From: an uncultured Gammaproteobacteria bacterium | GTDB lineage: Bacteria; Patescibacteriota; Patescibacteriia; 2-12-FULL-60-25 | Assembly: GCA_964405175.1 (NCBI GenBank) | Contig: CAYOMV010000003.1 | Span: forward strand, 1-33,758 | Length of the DNA: 33,758 nucleotides | Reading direction: 5' to 3' | Shown: positions 1 to 9,304 of the stretch, piece after piece | How positions within the stretch are numbered: position 1 is the first letter of the stretch | Layout: every line of letters begins with the position of its first letter | Translations under genes and position numbers: made by a program | Notes under the pieces: model-generated | What the model was told of the DNA's origin: nothing | What the model saw: the letters and a program-made list of their open reading frames with translations, nothing else | Databases searched by the model: none

Positions 1-110
1 ACGTCGTCCTGAGGGACGCCGTCTCCGTACGGGGTTTCCTGGGAAGTAAAAAACAATCTCGGATACTATCCATAAATAAAGCTATCTGCTAAAATTAGCA
101 TGGATAAAAT

Positions 111-1175
111 ATGAAAACAAAACACTTACTCCTAGCTATTATCTTCGCGCTGTCCCCCCTTACGGCTCGCGCCGCAGATTACGATCTCAGCATACCCAAC
201 GGAGGCTTTTACGCTTACGACACATCTGTATTGGTTGGAGAAACAGTTAAACTTTATGCTTTTATCGATAATTTGGGCACTGTAGATGTTGAGGCTACGG
301 CCATCTGCAAGGTTGGAGACAGCCTGGTTAACGCCAAGCCTTTATCAGCCCGCGCCAACGGAGCCACCGAAGAAGTTTGGTTCACTTGGACTCCGCTCTC
401 ACCCGGAACTTACACAATCAGCTTAAATATCCCTTTAGACGGCGGCATTAGCGACCCAAACCCGGCAGATAATTACGCGGAGATACAATTTACCGTAGAT
501 ACGGATGCGGATGGAGACGGTATAGGTGATACCGACGATCCTGACGATGATAACGATGGAGTTCCGGACAATGAAGACGACTACCCCAATGATCCCTCGC
601 GCGATACAGATACGGACGGCGATGGTATAGATGATTCCGTTGATTCAGATGATGACAACGATGGTTTATATGACTGGGAAGACGAAGCTCAAGGATCCAG
701 CCCCACCGATTATGACACAGATGACGATGGAGTAAACGACAAAGACGATGCCTACCCCACCGACCCAAATCGTTCATCCGGAGATGTAGCTATTCCCGTA
801 GATAACACTCCCGATGGCCAAGTCTTAGGGCTTGAAGATATTGATGATAATTCGGAAAACGAAAATTCTGCCGGCACGAGTCAAAAAATTGGTGAAGACG
901 GGCGCGTTTTAGGCCTAGCTACCGATACAGACGAAATCTACGACGAATACAGCACAACCAGCATTGCTTTGGAAAGCAACGGCATTTACAACATCGGCGA
1001 AAGCAAGCCCGCCGCTGAATTAGAACTACGCCATTGGTACAGCTGGCCCAATTGGCTCTGGCTCTTAGCGCTTTTAACCGGCTTGGGTGCTTTTATCTTC
1101 TTCCTCATCTGGCGTAAACGTAAAAAAGAAAAAGACGAAGAAGAGCAAAAAACCGATAAAGACAAAAAATCCTAG
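111..1175 (+). CDS. Secreted, C-terminally anchored surface protein: CARDB-like beta-sandwich plus thrombospondin type-3-like Ca-binding Asp repeats
   Basis: 354-aa ORF. Signal peptide MKTKHLLLAIIFALSPLTARA. Repeated DxDxDGxxDxxD motifs (DTDADGDGIGDTDD, DTDTDGDGIDDSVD, DTDDDGVNDKDD). C-terminal hydrophobic helix WLWLLALLTGLGAFIFFLIW followed by RKRKKEK. Hairpin terminator directly downstream. Confidence 0.75.
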   Translation: MKTKHLLLAIIFALSPLTARAADYDLSIPNGGFYAYDTSVLVGETVKLYAFIDNLGTVDVEATAICKVGDSLVNAKPLSARANGATEEVWFTWTPLSPGTYTISLNIPLDGGISDPNPADNYAEIQFTVDTDADGDGIGDTDDPDDDNDGVPDNEDDYPNDPSRDTDTDGDGIDDSVDSDDDNDGLYDWEDEAQGSSPTDYDTDDDGVNDKDDAYPTDPNRSSGDVAIPVDNTPDGQVLGLEDIDDNSENENSAGTSQKIGEDGRVLGLATDTDEIYDEYSTTSIALESNGIYNIGESKPAAELELRHWYSWPNWLWLLALLTGLGAFIFFLIWRKRKKEKDEEEQKTDKDKKS

Positions 1176-1192
1176 ACCTGATAATTATTAGA

Positions 1193-1226
1193 TAAAAAAA
1201 CGAAACACCGGTTTCGTTTTTTTTAA
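1193..1226. terminator. Bidirectional intrinsic terminator between convergent genes
   Basis: ACGAAAC (1200-1206) / GTTTCGT (1211-1217), loop ACCG. A-run upstream and T-run downstream, so it can serve both strands. Confidence 0.7.
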
Positions 1227-1238
1227 AAAGATGGTTTA

Positions 1239-2267
1239 TTAAATCATTTTCATCAACCTCCTGAAAAATACAACTCGGTAAAGCAGTATGTTTAACGGCA
1301 TGTCCCATGTGCCTATTAAATTTTTTCTTTCCGCCCCCCAACCCAATTTAAACCTGGTAATCCCCTCCCAGCTAGGCTTATAGAGCGGTGTCGCCTTATT
1401 TTCCGGATTACATCCCCAAAAATCATACCATTTGGCGCCTTCTGCTTTTGCCTGCCTTATAGCATCCCATTGCAAAGCGTACGGTGCCATAGCCTGGCGC
1501 ACTTTTGAACTCGACGCTCCGTATAAATATGTATAACTGTTTCCGTAATTTACTTCTAAATTAGCAGCCAACATGGCGCCGTTTAATTCCGCCACTCTCA
1601 ATCTGCCCATATGAGCGGCCGCCAAAGTATAAAGAGTCTTCGCCAAATAAGGAGAATCGTGCTGAGTAAACCCATCCCTTCCCGCTGTTTCATCCATTAA
1701 TTTCAAAAAATTCTCTACGTCCTTTGGATGGTTGCTTACTCTGGTCGTTACCCCATGCTTGGCCGCGACTTTGATATTGTAACGAGTTTTTTGATGCATG
1801 GCGGCAAGCAACTCTTCCTCGGTTTTCACAAGATCAATTATAGCCGTACAGGCCGGATTTACGGCATAAGTACGATTAAACCTCGGCGGCAAATGCCTTT
1901 CCAAACTCTTTTGCTCAATCACAGGTTCCATGCGCCAAAATAGTGACTTGGGCAATAATTCGCGCCCATGCATCTCCTTAAGAAAAAAACCAAAATAGTC
2001 TCGATAGTCCCGAGCCTGAATGTTTGGATTAAACTGAGGACCGCGCGGAGCAAACCAATAACCCAATCCGAATTTCTTTGGCCTATACTCACCTTGCGCC
2101 GCCATGATCCACTTCCCCTCGTCATCAATCAAAGCAAATCTAGCAACTTCAAACCCCAACGACTTCCTAAATTCCCCCCAAACCCAAGATTGCGGAAATT
2201 GCATCCATTTTTGAGTAGACTGAAAAGCCTCCCAATCCATTCTATCTGTAATTTCTTTTATATACAT
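1239..2267 (-). CDS. FemAB-family peptidoglycan interpeptide-bridge aminoacyltransferase (FemX-like)
   Basis: 342-aa ORF. Family-typical N-terminus (WEAFQ..., FPQSWVWGEFRK) and overall length and architecture of FemAB/lipid II aminoacyl transferases, recognised by eye. Confidence 0.75.
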   Translation of the reverse strand: MYIKEITDRMDWEAFQSTQKWMQFPQSWVWGEFRKSLGFEVARFALIDDEGKWIMAAQGEYRPKKFGLGYWFAPRGPQFNPNIQARDYRDYFGFFLKEMHGRELLPKSLFWRMEPVIEQKSLERHLPPRFNRTYAVNPACTAIIDLVKTEEELLAAMHQKTRYNIKVAAKHGVTTRVSNHPKDVENFLKLMDETAGRDGFTQHDSPYLAKTLYTLAAAHMGRLRVAELNGAMLAANLEVNYGNSYTYLYGASSSKVRQAMAPYALQWDAIRQAKAEGAKWYDFWGCNPENKATPLYKPSWEGITRFKLGWGAERKNLIGTWDMPLNILLYRVVFFRRLMKMI

Positions 2268-2352
2268 GAACGTATTTTAGCATAAGTTACTCAACCCAAG
2301 TATACCCTTGTCAGCTGGGTTGGATAAGATTGACTCTGAGCTTAGCTCACTT

Positions 2353-2910
2353 TCACCTGCTTAGATATTTCAGCGCTTCTCTGACTCTGGCAGAAGCATC
2401 CGTAATATCCGGTGATATATTTTTAGCAGCCTCTTTAGCTTGCGCCGATTTATAACCCAATCCTTTCAAAGCTTCTATCAAATCCAAATCAGCCTCAGTT
2501 TCCGCTTCAACCTCAACCAACTGCCCTTTTAATTCGAGTATAATTTTTTGCGCCGTTTTATTGCCAATTCCCGGCAAAGACGCAAACCACGCGGCATCAC
2601 CGTTGCTTACTCTCCCGCGGAGTTCATTGGGAGTGGCTGATCCGCATATGGCTAAGCCCACTTTAGGCCCAATACCGTTGATACTGATTAGAATCTCAAA
2701 AACCTCCAGCTCATCACGCGTGGCAAATCCATACAAATCATGCGAGTCTTCACGAATATGTTCATGTATGTAAATCGACGGTTCATCACCCATTGTTAAT
2801 TCCGATAAAAGCCTCAAATGCGCTTTAACCTGATAACCAACTCCTCGTACGTCTAAAATAAAAAAACCTGTTGATTTTTCAATTACTTCCCCTCTTAACA
2901 TGCCTATCAT
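2353..2910 (-). CDS. ruvA: Holliday junction branch-migration complex subunit RuvA
   Basis: Starts MIGMLRGEVIEKS at ATG 2910; the ORF-track start at 2955 adds 15 non-family residues. OB-fold N-domain, HhH region (INGIGPKVGLAI, LPGIGNKTAQKIILEL), C-terminal domain III. Confidence 0.9.
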   Translation of the reverse strand: MIGMLRGEVIEKSTGFFILDVRGVGYQVKAHLRLLSELTMGDEPSIYIHEHIREDSHDLYGFATRDELEVFEILISINGIGPKVGLAICGSATPNELRGRVSNGDAAWFASLPGIGNKTAQKIILELKGQLVEVEAETEADLDLIEALKGLGYKSAQAKEAAKNISPDITDASARVREALKYLSR

Positions 2911-2954
2911 ATTACCTAACTTTAAACTGACTACTCTAAACTGACAAGTCCGCA

Positions 2955-2997
2955 TACTATGCTACATGCTACATGTTACATGCTACAAGCTACATGC
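2955..2997. repeat. Heptamer tandem array, unit TACATGC (about 6 copies, variants TACATGT, TACAAGC)
   Basis: Direct reading: tactatgc tacatgc tacatgt tacatgc tacaagc tacatgc. Lies between the kinase terminator and the ruvA start. Confidence 0.9.
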
Positions 2998-3002
2998 CAT
3001 AT

Positions 3003-3031
3003 ATTTTAAAACCTCCCACTTTCGCAGGAGG
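3003..3031 (-). terminator. Intrinsic terminator after the Ser/Thr kinase gene
   Basis: On the minus strand, CCTCC / GGAGG stem (plus coordinates 3012-3016 and 3027-3031) followed by TTTTAAAAT. Confidence 0.5.
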
Positions 3032-3038
3032 TATAGTC

Positions 3039-4559
3039 TCATGGCCCATCCAATCCCGGGATATAGTCAATTCCCGGTTGTAGTGGAGTGACCACCGTAT
3101 TTCGAGGAGCGGCTCTTGACGGCTTGCGCGGCTTGGGAGGTTCCTCGGGAGTTTTGAGTTCAGCGCTTACACCCGCCTCAACCATTTCCTCTTCCTTAGC
3201 AGGATTTACCGTCGCAACTGACTTTGCCGCCAAAGTCGCCGTCGGCAAGGTTGCGGATGCCTTTGGAAGAGTGCTTACCTTTTCGCTTTTCGATGAATTC
3301 GCGGGAAGTCTCGAGCTTGAGGAAACGGATACGGTAGATGCCGCGGAAGCATTTTGCTTTTGCCATGTTTGGTAGCCAAGATAAAGCACACCGCCCATAA
3401 CGGCAATAGCTAGCGCAATCAGCGAAGACTTCATCGCGGTACCGCTTCTTGAAGAAGGCGCGAGCACAGCTGTGGTTTCAAGGCTAATCTTGGATTGAAC
3501 CCCCGCCGGAGTGGGTGTCGCGGCCATGGTTTGGTCTTCCGGATCAACGTTGAATCCGCGCCCAAACACCACCTTCGGCTCCGGATATTCACTCCTGGAA
3601 ACATGGTCGAGCTCAAGCTGCATCGCGTTCAATTCGCTAAGCACGTCAAGCATATCCTGCGGCCTGTCTTCTTGCTTAAACCGCAAGCAATGCAGTATAA
3701 GCTTCTCGAGCCTCGGCTCAACCTTGTCGCAGAAATCACGGATAGGCAAAGGCACGGCCGTGCCGTTGGCCACCTTGGCCAACACGCTCCGCATGTCTCC
3801 GTTCTCAAAGTTGAAAGCCGTTCTCCCGGTGTACATCTCGTACAAGATACAGCCAAACGCCCAAATATCCGACTGCACGCTTGGGAATCCAAGCGCCGCC
3901 TCCGGAGCCAAGTAAGCGGGCGTTCCCCTTAGCATACCTTCCTGTGTGAGCTTGTAATCACCGGAATTTCGTTCGTCATCATGAAACTTGGAAATACCCA
4001 AGTCCATCAGCTGAACAATCGCCTGAGTTCCGCGGCCTGCCACCAGTATGTTGGATGGCTTTACGTCGCGATGTATCACCCCGGCTCCATGAACAGCCGC
4101 TAAACCAGAACCAGCGCGAAGCGCGTAATGCAAAAGCTCGGGATACGGGATCAAAGTGCCCCGAAGCTTTTCGGACGTGGAAGCCTTTGCCAGCTCTTCT
4201 TGCAAGATCACTTCCAATGTCCTGCCTCCGGAAATAAACGGAAACACGAAATACGGATATAGAGCGGGGCCGTCTTGCAAAATGCCGGCTTGGATCAACG
4301 GAAGTACATCCGTGCCCCGCACTTTTTTATGGACTTCCTTCACCCTCTCGAATCTCTTCTTCTCAGCCGGATCATCCGCTCGCCACAACAATTTGATCGC
4401 TACCAAGCGCTCATCCTTTAGCGACTTGGCTTTGTAAACGATAGCCTCGCCGCCTCCGTCTTGCTCCTTGATGATTTCAAACAGTTCTTTGCCGTCATGT
4501 CCCACCAAAGTCCCCGGGGGGAAGATTTTCTTTTCCGTGTAGCCTCCGCCCAAACTCAT
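3039..4559 (-). CDS. Membrane-anchored Hanks-type Ser/Thr protein kinase with Ser/Pro/Ala-rich extracytoplasmic tail
   Basis: VAIK lysine, HRDVKPSNIL catalytic loop, DLG (DFG variant), GTPAYLAPE. One TM helix LIALAIAVMGGVLYLGY. ATG 4559 is preceded by GAGGAG with a 7-nt spacer; the ORF-track TTG at 4589 is less likely. Confidence 0.85.
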   Translation of the reverse strand: MSLGGGYTEKKIFPPGTLVGHDGKELFEIIKEQDGGGEAIVYKAKSLKDERLVAIKLLWRADDPAEKKRFERVKEVHKKVRGTDVLPLIQAGILQDGPALYPYFVFPFISGGRTLEVILQEELAKASTSEKLRGTLIPYPELLHYALRAGSGLAAVHGAGVIHRDVKPSNILVAGRGTQAIVQLMDLGISKFHDDERNSGDYKLTQEGMLRGTPAYLAPEAALGFPSVQSDIWAFGCILYEMYTGRTAFNFENGDMRSVLAKVANGTAVPLPIRDFCDKVEPRLEKLILHCLRFKQEDRPQDMLDVLSELNAMQLELDHVSRSEYPEPKVVFGRGFNVDPEDQTMAATPTPAGVQSKISLETTAVLAPSSRSGTAMKSSLIALAIAVMGGVLYLGYQTWQKQNASAASTVSVSSSSRLPANSSKSEKVSTLPKASATLPTATLAAKSVATVNPAKEEEMVEAGVSAELKTPEEPPKPRKPSRAAPRNTVVTPLQPGIDYIPGLDGP

Positions 4560-4678
4560 GTTTGCGCTCCTCTTGTCTAAAGTGCCCAACTCCGTTTTTT
4601 TTTACGAAGCTCTAAAGAACGTAATAAACCAACCTAACGTATTTTACTAAAAATGTCAAGATATAACCTTAAATTAGC

Positions 4679-4702
4679 AAAAAAAACGAAGTAAATTCGT
4701 TC
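4679..4702 (-). terminator. Intrinsic terminator after ileS
   Basis: AACGAA (4685-4690) / TTCGTT (4696-4701). On the minus strand it is followed by a T8 run (plus A-run 4679-4686). Confidence 0.6.
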
Positions 4703-4726
4703 TTTTTATGCTTGCTTAAAAAATTG

Positions 4727-7660
4727 CTATTTTAGAATCGCGATTGAAATGTTTTCGCCCTCAAATTCCAATTCAGCTTCAGCCCCGGCATCTAAATTCT
4801 GAGAGATATTAATTTCCGAGGCCTTTGTATCAAAAGCCAATTCTTCTTTCATGCTTTCCAATTTACCTCGTAACTCTTCACTCTCCGACGCGATCTGAAT
4901 CTTCACCATGTCTTCAGGTGTAAAATCGTGCTTCTTCCTTAACTGCATAATATGCCTTTGTAATTCACGTGCCAATCCTTTCTGCTTAAGTTCTGGTGTG
5001 AGTTGGGTATCTATTTCCGCCTCCCATCCATCCGCAGACTGAATCTCACCTTTTTCCAAATTAACTTTTTCTACGTTTAATTCATCCATAATCAGTTTAT
5101 GCAGATCAGTTTTTTCAGCCACACGGGCAAAAAGATTTTCATTTCCAATAACAACTTTTACCGAGCTCAAAGCCTGCCTAACCGGAAGCTTGACGCTTAC
5201 TCTTTGTTCCAAACCCGTATTTACAACATCCCTCACCCATTGCATATCGCTTAACAAGCCCGCGTCAATATATTCTTTTTGCGCCTTGGGCCATTTATCC
5301 AAATGCACCGACATTTTTTCACCTTCCAAATCTTGATACAGTTTTTCCGCAAAAAACGGCGCGAAAGGGGCCAATAACCTCGATAAAATCAACAGCACTT
5401 CTTTAAGAGTCCTAAGCGCGTCCATGGCATCATCCGGGTCGGTTGTCTGTTTCATACGGTCGCGCGATCTCCTAAGCCACCAAGTTGATAAATCATCAAC
5501 AAAAAGCCTTATGGGCCTAAGCGCGTCCGCGATCTTGTAATCATCCATGTTAACCGTTATATGATCGGCCAATTCTTCGAGGCGCGAAAAAATCCATCTG
5601 TCCAAAACGTGCAGACTTCGAGGATTTTCAATTTTTACGTCCTTATCTTTAGCATAGGTAAGATAAAACTGCCTCACATTCCATAATATTCCAAAAATCG
5701 ATCTTTGAATTTGCTTGCATTCTTCATCTTTAAAATTTAACGCTTCGGCCTGCATAATTGGCGACATGAGCATATACATCCTAAGCGAATCAGCTCCGAT
5801 TGTGGTCATCAATTCATATGGATCTGTGTAATTTTTCTTTGACTTGCTCATCTTTTTACCGTCTTCAGCCAGCATCATTCCGGTTACCACGATATTTTTG
5901 GCGGCCGGCTTGTTCATTAAAGCCACGGCCAAAACATGCATGGTATAAAACCAACCGCGGGTTTGATCCTGCGCCTCGCCGATAAAATCCGCCGGAAAAC
6001 GCGACTCAAACTTTTCCGCGTCTTCAAATGGATAATGCACCGACGCGTACGGCATGCTCCCCGATTCAAACCAACAATCAAAAACAAACTCCGTGCGTTT
6101 CATCGTCCCCCCGCACGAACACTTTAATTCAACCTTATCGATTCCCGGGCGATGCATATCAAAACCTTCAGGCAAACTGCCGCCTACCGCTTCTTTAAGC
6201 TCGGCGATTGAACCGACAACCTTTCTTTCATTGCAAGAATTACACAACCAAACCGGCAAAGGAGCTCCCCAGTATCGAGTACGCGAGATATTCCAATCCG
6301 GCGCGCCTTCCAAGCCCTTGCCAAACCTACCCTCCTTGATATGCTCCGGCACCCAATGCACTTTCTGATTGGCGTCTATCAATTTTGATTTTAATTTTTG
6401 CACATCCACAAACCACGCGTCCTGCGCCCTGTACATCAAAGCCGTACCGCATCTCCAGCATTCTGGTATTGAGTGAGTGATAGATTTATTAAAAACCAAT
6501 ATATCTCTTTTTTGTAAATCAGCAATTACAAGCGGATCCGCCTCTTTTATCGGCAAATTGGCAAACTCCCCTAATTCCGGCACCATTTTACCCGTCTCAT
6601 CCACGGTTAACAGCACGGGCAAACCATGCACTTTAGACGCTTCAAAATCCTCCTCGCCAAAAGCCGGCGCAGTATGCACCAAGCCCGTTCCGTCATCCGC
6701 ACTTACATAAGGCATGTCAACAACACGATAACCTTTTTTGCCTTCCGGTATTTCCAAAAAACTAAACAAAGGTTCATACTCAACCCCAATCAAATCCGCG
6801 CCTTTCAACTTTTCTTCAATCTTCAAACTTTCCTTGTAATCCTCCAACACTTCCCTCATTCTCTCTTCGGCAACAATCCAAATCTCATTCTTCTCCGGAA
6901 TTAAAACTTTCACATACATCAAATCCGGATGCACCGCGATCGCCGTATTGGCTGGCAATGTCCAAGGCGTTGTGGTCCAGGCAAGCAGATAAACATTTTC
7001 CTCACCCTTAACTTTAAACTTGATCGTAATGGACGGGTCTTCCTCGTCTCGATATGAATGCCCCATTGTAATTTCATGATTCGATAAAGGAGTCGCGCAT
7101 CTGGGGCAATACATTGAAACTCTAAAATCTTTATAAACCAAACCCTTTTTATACAACTCGGAAAAGACCCACCAAACCGACTCGATAAACGAATCATCCA
7201 TGGTTTTATACGAATGCTCCATGTCCACCCATCGCCCTATCCTGCTGATATATTTTCTCCATTCTTTATCATAAGTCAAAACGCTTGCCCTGCATGCCGA
7301 ATTAAACTTATCAATACCGTAATCCAAAATATCCTGGCGGGATTTCAATCCCAAATCCTTTTCGATCAAATTTTCAACCGGCAAACCATGGCAATCCCAA
7401 CCCCAAATTCTATCAACTCTATAGCCTTTCATTGTCCAATATCTGGGTATGGCATCTTTAATGGTGCTTTGTAAAAGATGCCCCGGATGAGGCAAGCCGG
7501 TCGCAAACGGCGGACCGTCGTAAAAAGTATAAGCCTTATTCTCTGGGCGCTCTTCAATTGAACGCTCAAAAATGTTCTTTTTATTCCAAAATTCCTGTAT
7601 CTCTTCCTCCATTTTGGGGAAGTCGGGCCTGGCCGATGGTGTTGGTTGTGGGTTTGACAT
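4727..7660 (-). CDS. ileS: Isoleucine--tRNA ligase (type 2, eukaryote-like form)
   Basis: 977 aa from ATG 7660. HIGH-class motif PHPGH, KMSKS motif KMSKSKKN, large CP1 editing insertion. The ORF-track TTG at 7699 adds 13 residues not expected for the family. Confidence 0.95.
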   Translation of the reverse strand: MSNPQPTPSARPDFPKMEEEIQEFWNKKNIFERSIEERPENKAYTFYDGPPFATGLPHPGHLLQSTIKDAIPRYWTMKGYRVDRIWGWDCHGLPVENLIEKDLGLKSRQDILDYGIDKFNSACRASVLTYDKEWRKYISRIGRWVDMEHSYKTMDDSFIESVWWVFSELYKKGLVYKDFRVSMYCPRCATPLSNHEITMGHSYRDEEDPSITIKFKVKGEENVYLLAWTTTPWTLPANTAIAVHPDLMYVKVLIPEKNEIWIVAEERMREVLEDYKESLKIEEKLKGADLIGVEYEPLFSFLEIPEGKKGYRVVDMPYVSADDGTGLVHTAPAFGEEDFEASKVHGLPVLLTVDETGKMVPELGEFANLPIKEADPLVIADLQKRDILVFNKSITHSIPECWRCGTALMYRAQDAWFVDVQKLKSKLIDANQKVHWVPEHIKEGRFGKGLEGAPDWNISRTRYWGAPLPVWLCNSCNERKVVGSIAELKEAVGGSLPEGFDMHRPGIDKVELKCSCGGTMKRTEFVFDCWFESGSMPYASVHYPFEDAEKFESRFPADFIGEAQDQTRGWFYTMHVLAVALMNKPAAKNIVVTGMMLAEDGKKMSKSKKNYTDPYELMTTIGADSLRMYMLMSPIMQAEALNFKDEECKQIQRSIFGILWNVRQFYLTYAKDKDVKIENPRSLHVLDRWIFSRLEELADHITVNMDDYKIADALRPIRLFVDDLSTWWLRRSRDRMKQTTDPDDAMDALRTLKEVLLILSRLLAPFAPFFAEKLYQDLEGEKMSVHLDKWPKAQKEYIDAGLLSDMQWVRDVVNTGLEQRVSVKLPVRQALSSVKVVIGNENLFARVAEKTDLHKLIMDELNVEKVNLEKGEIQSADGWEAEIDTQLTPELKQKGLARELQRHIMQLRKKHDFTPEDMVKIQIASESEELRGKLESMKEELAFDTKASEINISQNLDAGAEAELEFEGENISIAILK

Positions 7661-7713
7661 AACGCCTCTTATATTGGCGGAAAAAACGACTTTGGTCAAC
7701 TTAACTTACGTCA

Positions 7714-7761
7714 GCCTCTAGCTTCTAGCTACTAGAGGCTAGAGGCTAAAAGCTAAAAGCT
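7714..7761. repeat. Heptamer arrays: GCCTCTA/GCTTCTA, inverted CTAGAGG x2, then CTAAAAG x2
   Basis: Reads gcctcta gcttcta gcta ctagagg ctagagg ctaaaag ctaaaag. The first two blocks are mutually complementary (hairpin). The CTAGARG unit recurs at 17740 and, reverse-complemented, at 33658. Confidence 0.9.
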
Positions 7762-7768
7762 TTTCACC

Positions 7769-7796
7769 TTGACTTCCCCACATTTTCCTGTATAGT
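7769..7796 (+). promoter_or_regulatory. Sigma70-like promoter for the 7837-8456 gene pair
   Basis: TTGACT (7769-7774), 16-nt spacer, TATAGT (7791-7796). AAAGGAG RBS at 7823-7829 and ATG at 7837. Confidence 0.5.
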
Positions 7797-7836
7797 TAAC
7801 GATCACCAAGTTCCTTGCAAACCAAAAGGAGCAAGC

Positions 7837-8145
7837 ATGAGCTTTTACAGCCTCCCTTCCTCCGAACAAATGAAACGCATAGTTCGCGTGCAGTTTGAAG
7901 AAAGAGACGATCGCGACACTGTTTTATTTTATGGTTTAGACTCCTCCGGTGAGGAGTATCCGATTCTCTGGTTCGAAACAAATTCACCCACTCTCACCAT
8001 AAACGGCCGCGAGGTAATACTGCAGGTTATCCTGCCCATATTGGAAAAAGTTACCGAAAAAGAATTCTACGAAATCGGTACTTACGGCAGCGCTGATTGG
8101 ATCCGTAAAGACCGCCTCAACGCTTTCGATAAGGAGCAACCATGA
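7837..8145 (+). CDS. Hypothetical small protein (102 aa), first of a tandem pair
   Basis: Good RBS and promoter. Stop overlaps the next start (ATGA at 8142-8145). No recognisable domain. Confidence 0.55.
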   Translation: MSFYSLPSSEQMKRIVRVQFEERDDRDTVLFYGLDSSGEEYPILWFETNSPTLTINGREVILQVILPILEKVTEKEFYEIGTYGSADWIRKDRLNAFDKEQP

Positions 8146-8456
8146 ACAAGCTCAATATTTCCTATCTCGGCGACCTGCGAAAAGTTGTAATGATTACTCA
8201 CCTTGTAACCGGGGGAGTTTATCAAATCAAAATGTTCCGCATCGCCGATGATGGCAGTCTTAAACCTATTCGCTGGACAACTGCAGGTGACAGCGAACTA
8301 TACTCCTGCACCCTGCAAGCCGTAACCGATGCAATCATACCCTTGATGACCATCGTAACCGGCAAAAAATTCGAACGTACAGCAAGCAAACGAGGCAAAA
8401 ATATTTTCGAACGCGTCGACCTCATCGAGTCCCGAAAGCTAATCACTCACAACTAA
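8142..8456 (+). CDS. Hypothetical small protein (104 aa), possible distant paralogue of the upstream gene
   Basis: Translationally coupled to 7837..8145. Weak colinear similarity (PI.W, I.P(I/L), VT.K.F). Terminator follows. Confidence 0.55.
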   Translation: MNKLNISYLGDLRKVVMITHLVTGGVYQIKMFRIADDGSLKPIRWTTAGDSELYSCTLQAVTDAIIPLMTIVTGKKFERTASKRGKNIFERVDLIESRKLITHN

Positions 8457-8461
8457 CCTAC

Positions 8462-8484
8462 CCCACCAACTCCGGTGGGTTTTT
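8462..8484 (+). terminator. Intrinsic terminator
   Basis: CCCACC (8462-8467) / GGTGGG (8474-8479) followed by T5. Confidence 0.7.
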
Positions 8485-8502
8485 ATTATCACCGCGAAAC
8501 AC

Positions 8503-8571
8503 GTAGGGGCGAACCTTGTGTTCGCCCGTGCTGTGTATTTTGGATCGGGCAAACACAAGGCTTGCTCCTAC
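8503..8571. repeat. Composite palindrome built from two GTAGGRGC-type units
   Basis: GTAGGGGCGAACCTTGTGTTCGCCCG faces its near reverse complement CGGGCAAACACAAGGCTTGCTCCTAC. Each arm is itself a hairpin (GGGCGAAC/GTTCGCCC). Related units lie at 9138 and 20485. Confidence 0.8.
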
Positions 8572-8577
8572 ATTTTA

Positions 8578-8606
8578 TTGCTAATTACTGCCTGCTATTT
8601 TATAAT
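8578..8606 (+). promoter_or_regulatory. Promoter of rpiB, probably giving a leaderless or near-leaderless mRNA
   Basis: TTGCTA (8578-8583), 17-nt spacer, TATAAT (8601-8606). The ATG at 8615 is only 8 nt after the -10 and there is no SD. Confidence 0.55.
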
Positions 8607-8614
8607 TAAAAAAT

Positions 8615-9052
<438 letters not shown>

Positions 9053-9137
9053 ACCATGATTTTAACTCAAATTCATCGCGTTCTACGCGATTGACGCTCA
9101 AATTTCCTTGATTGCTATAGGACCATTAACCCCTAGT

Positions 9138-9241
9138 GTAGGGATAGGCCTTGTGCCTATCCGTGCTAAAAAATTCCAGGCACGGATAACCACCTCACTT
9201 CGTCATTCGACTGCAAGGGGCGCCGCAAGGATCGTCCCTAC
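9138..9241. repeat. Composite palindromic element of GTAGGG-type units
   Basis: GTAGGGATAGGCCTTGTGCCTATCCGTGC ... GGCACGGATA ... GGGGCGCCGCAAGGATCGTCCCTAC. The terminal GTAGGG/CCCTAC are inverted and the internal arms are hairpins. Confidence 0.75.
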
Positions 9242-9304
9242 GAATAAAACGTATAATCAAGCAAATTAAAAACCAAGACAATGAGTTAATCAAAACGTAA
9301 ATAT

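Noticed and set aside
490-777. The minus-strand 95-aa ORF inside the Asp-repeat region of the first gene.
   Set aside because: It is a His/Arg-rich antisense shadow of the GAT/GAC-rich thrombospondin-type repeats.
3088-4437. Multiple plus-strand ORFs of 60-145 aa antisense to the kinase gene.
   Set aside because: They lie fully inside a gene with complete Hanks kinase motifs on the minus strand. They mutually overlap and their composition is typical of antisense frames in a GC-richer gene.
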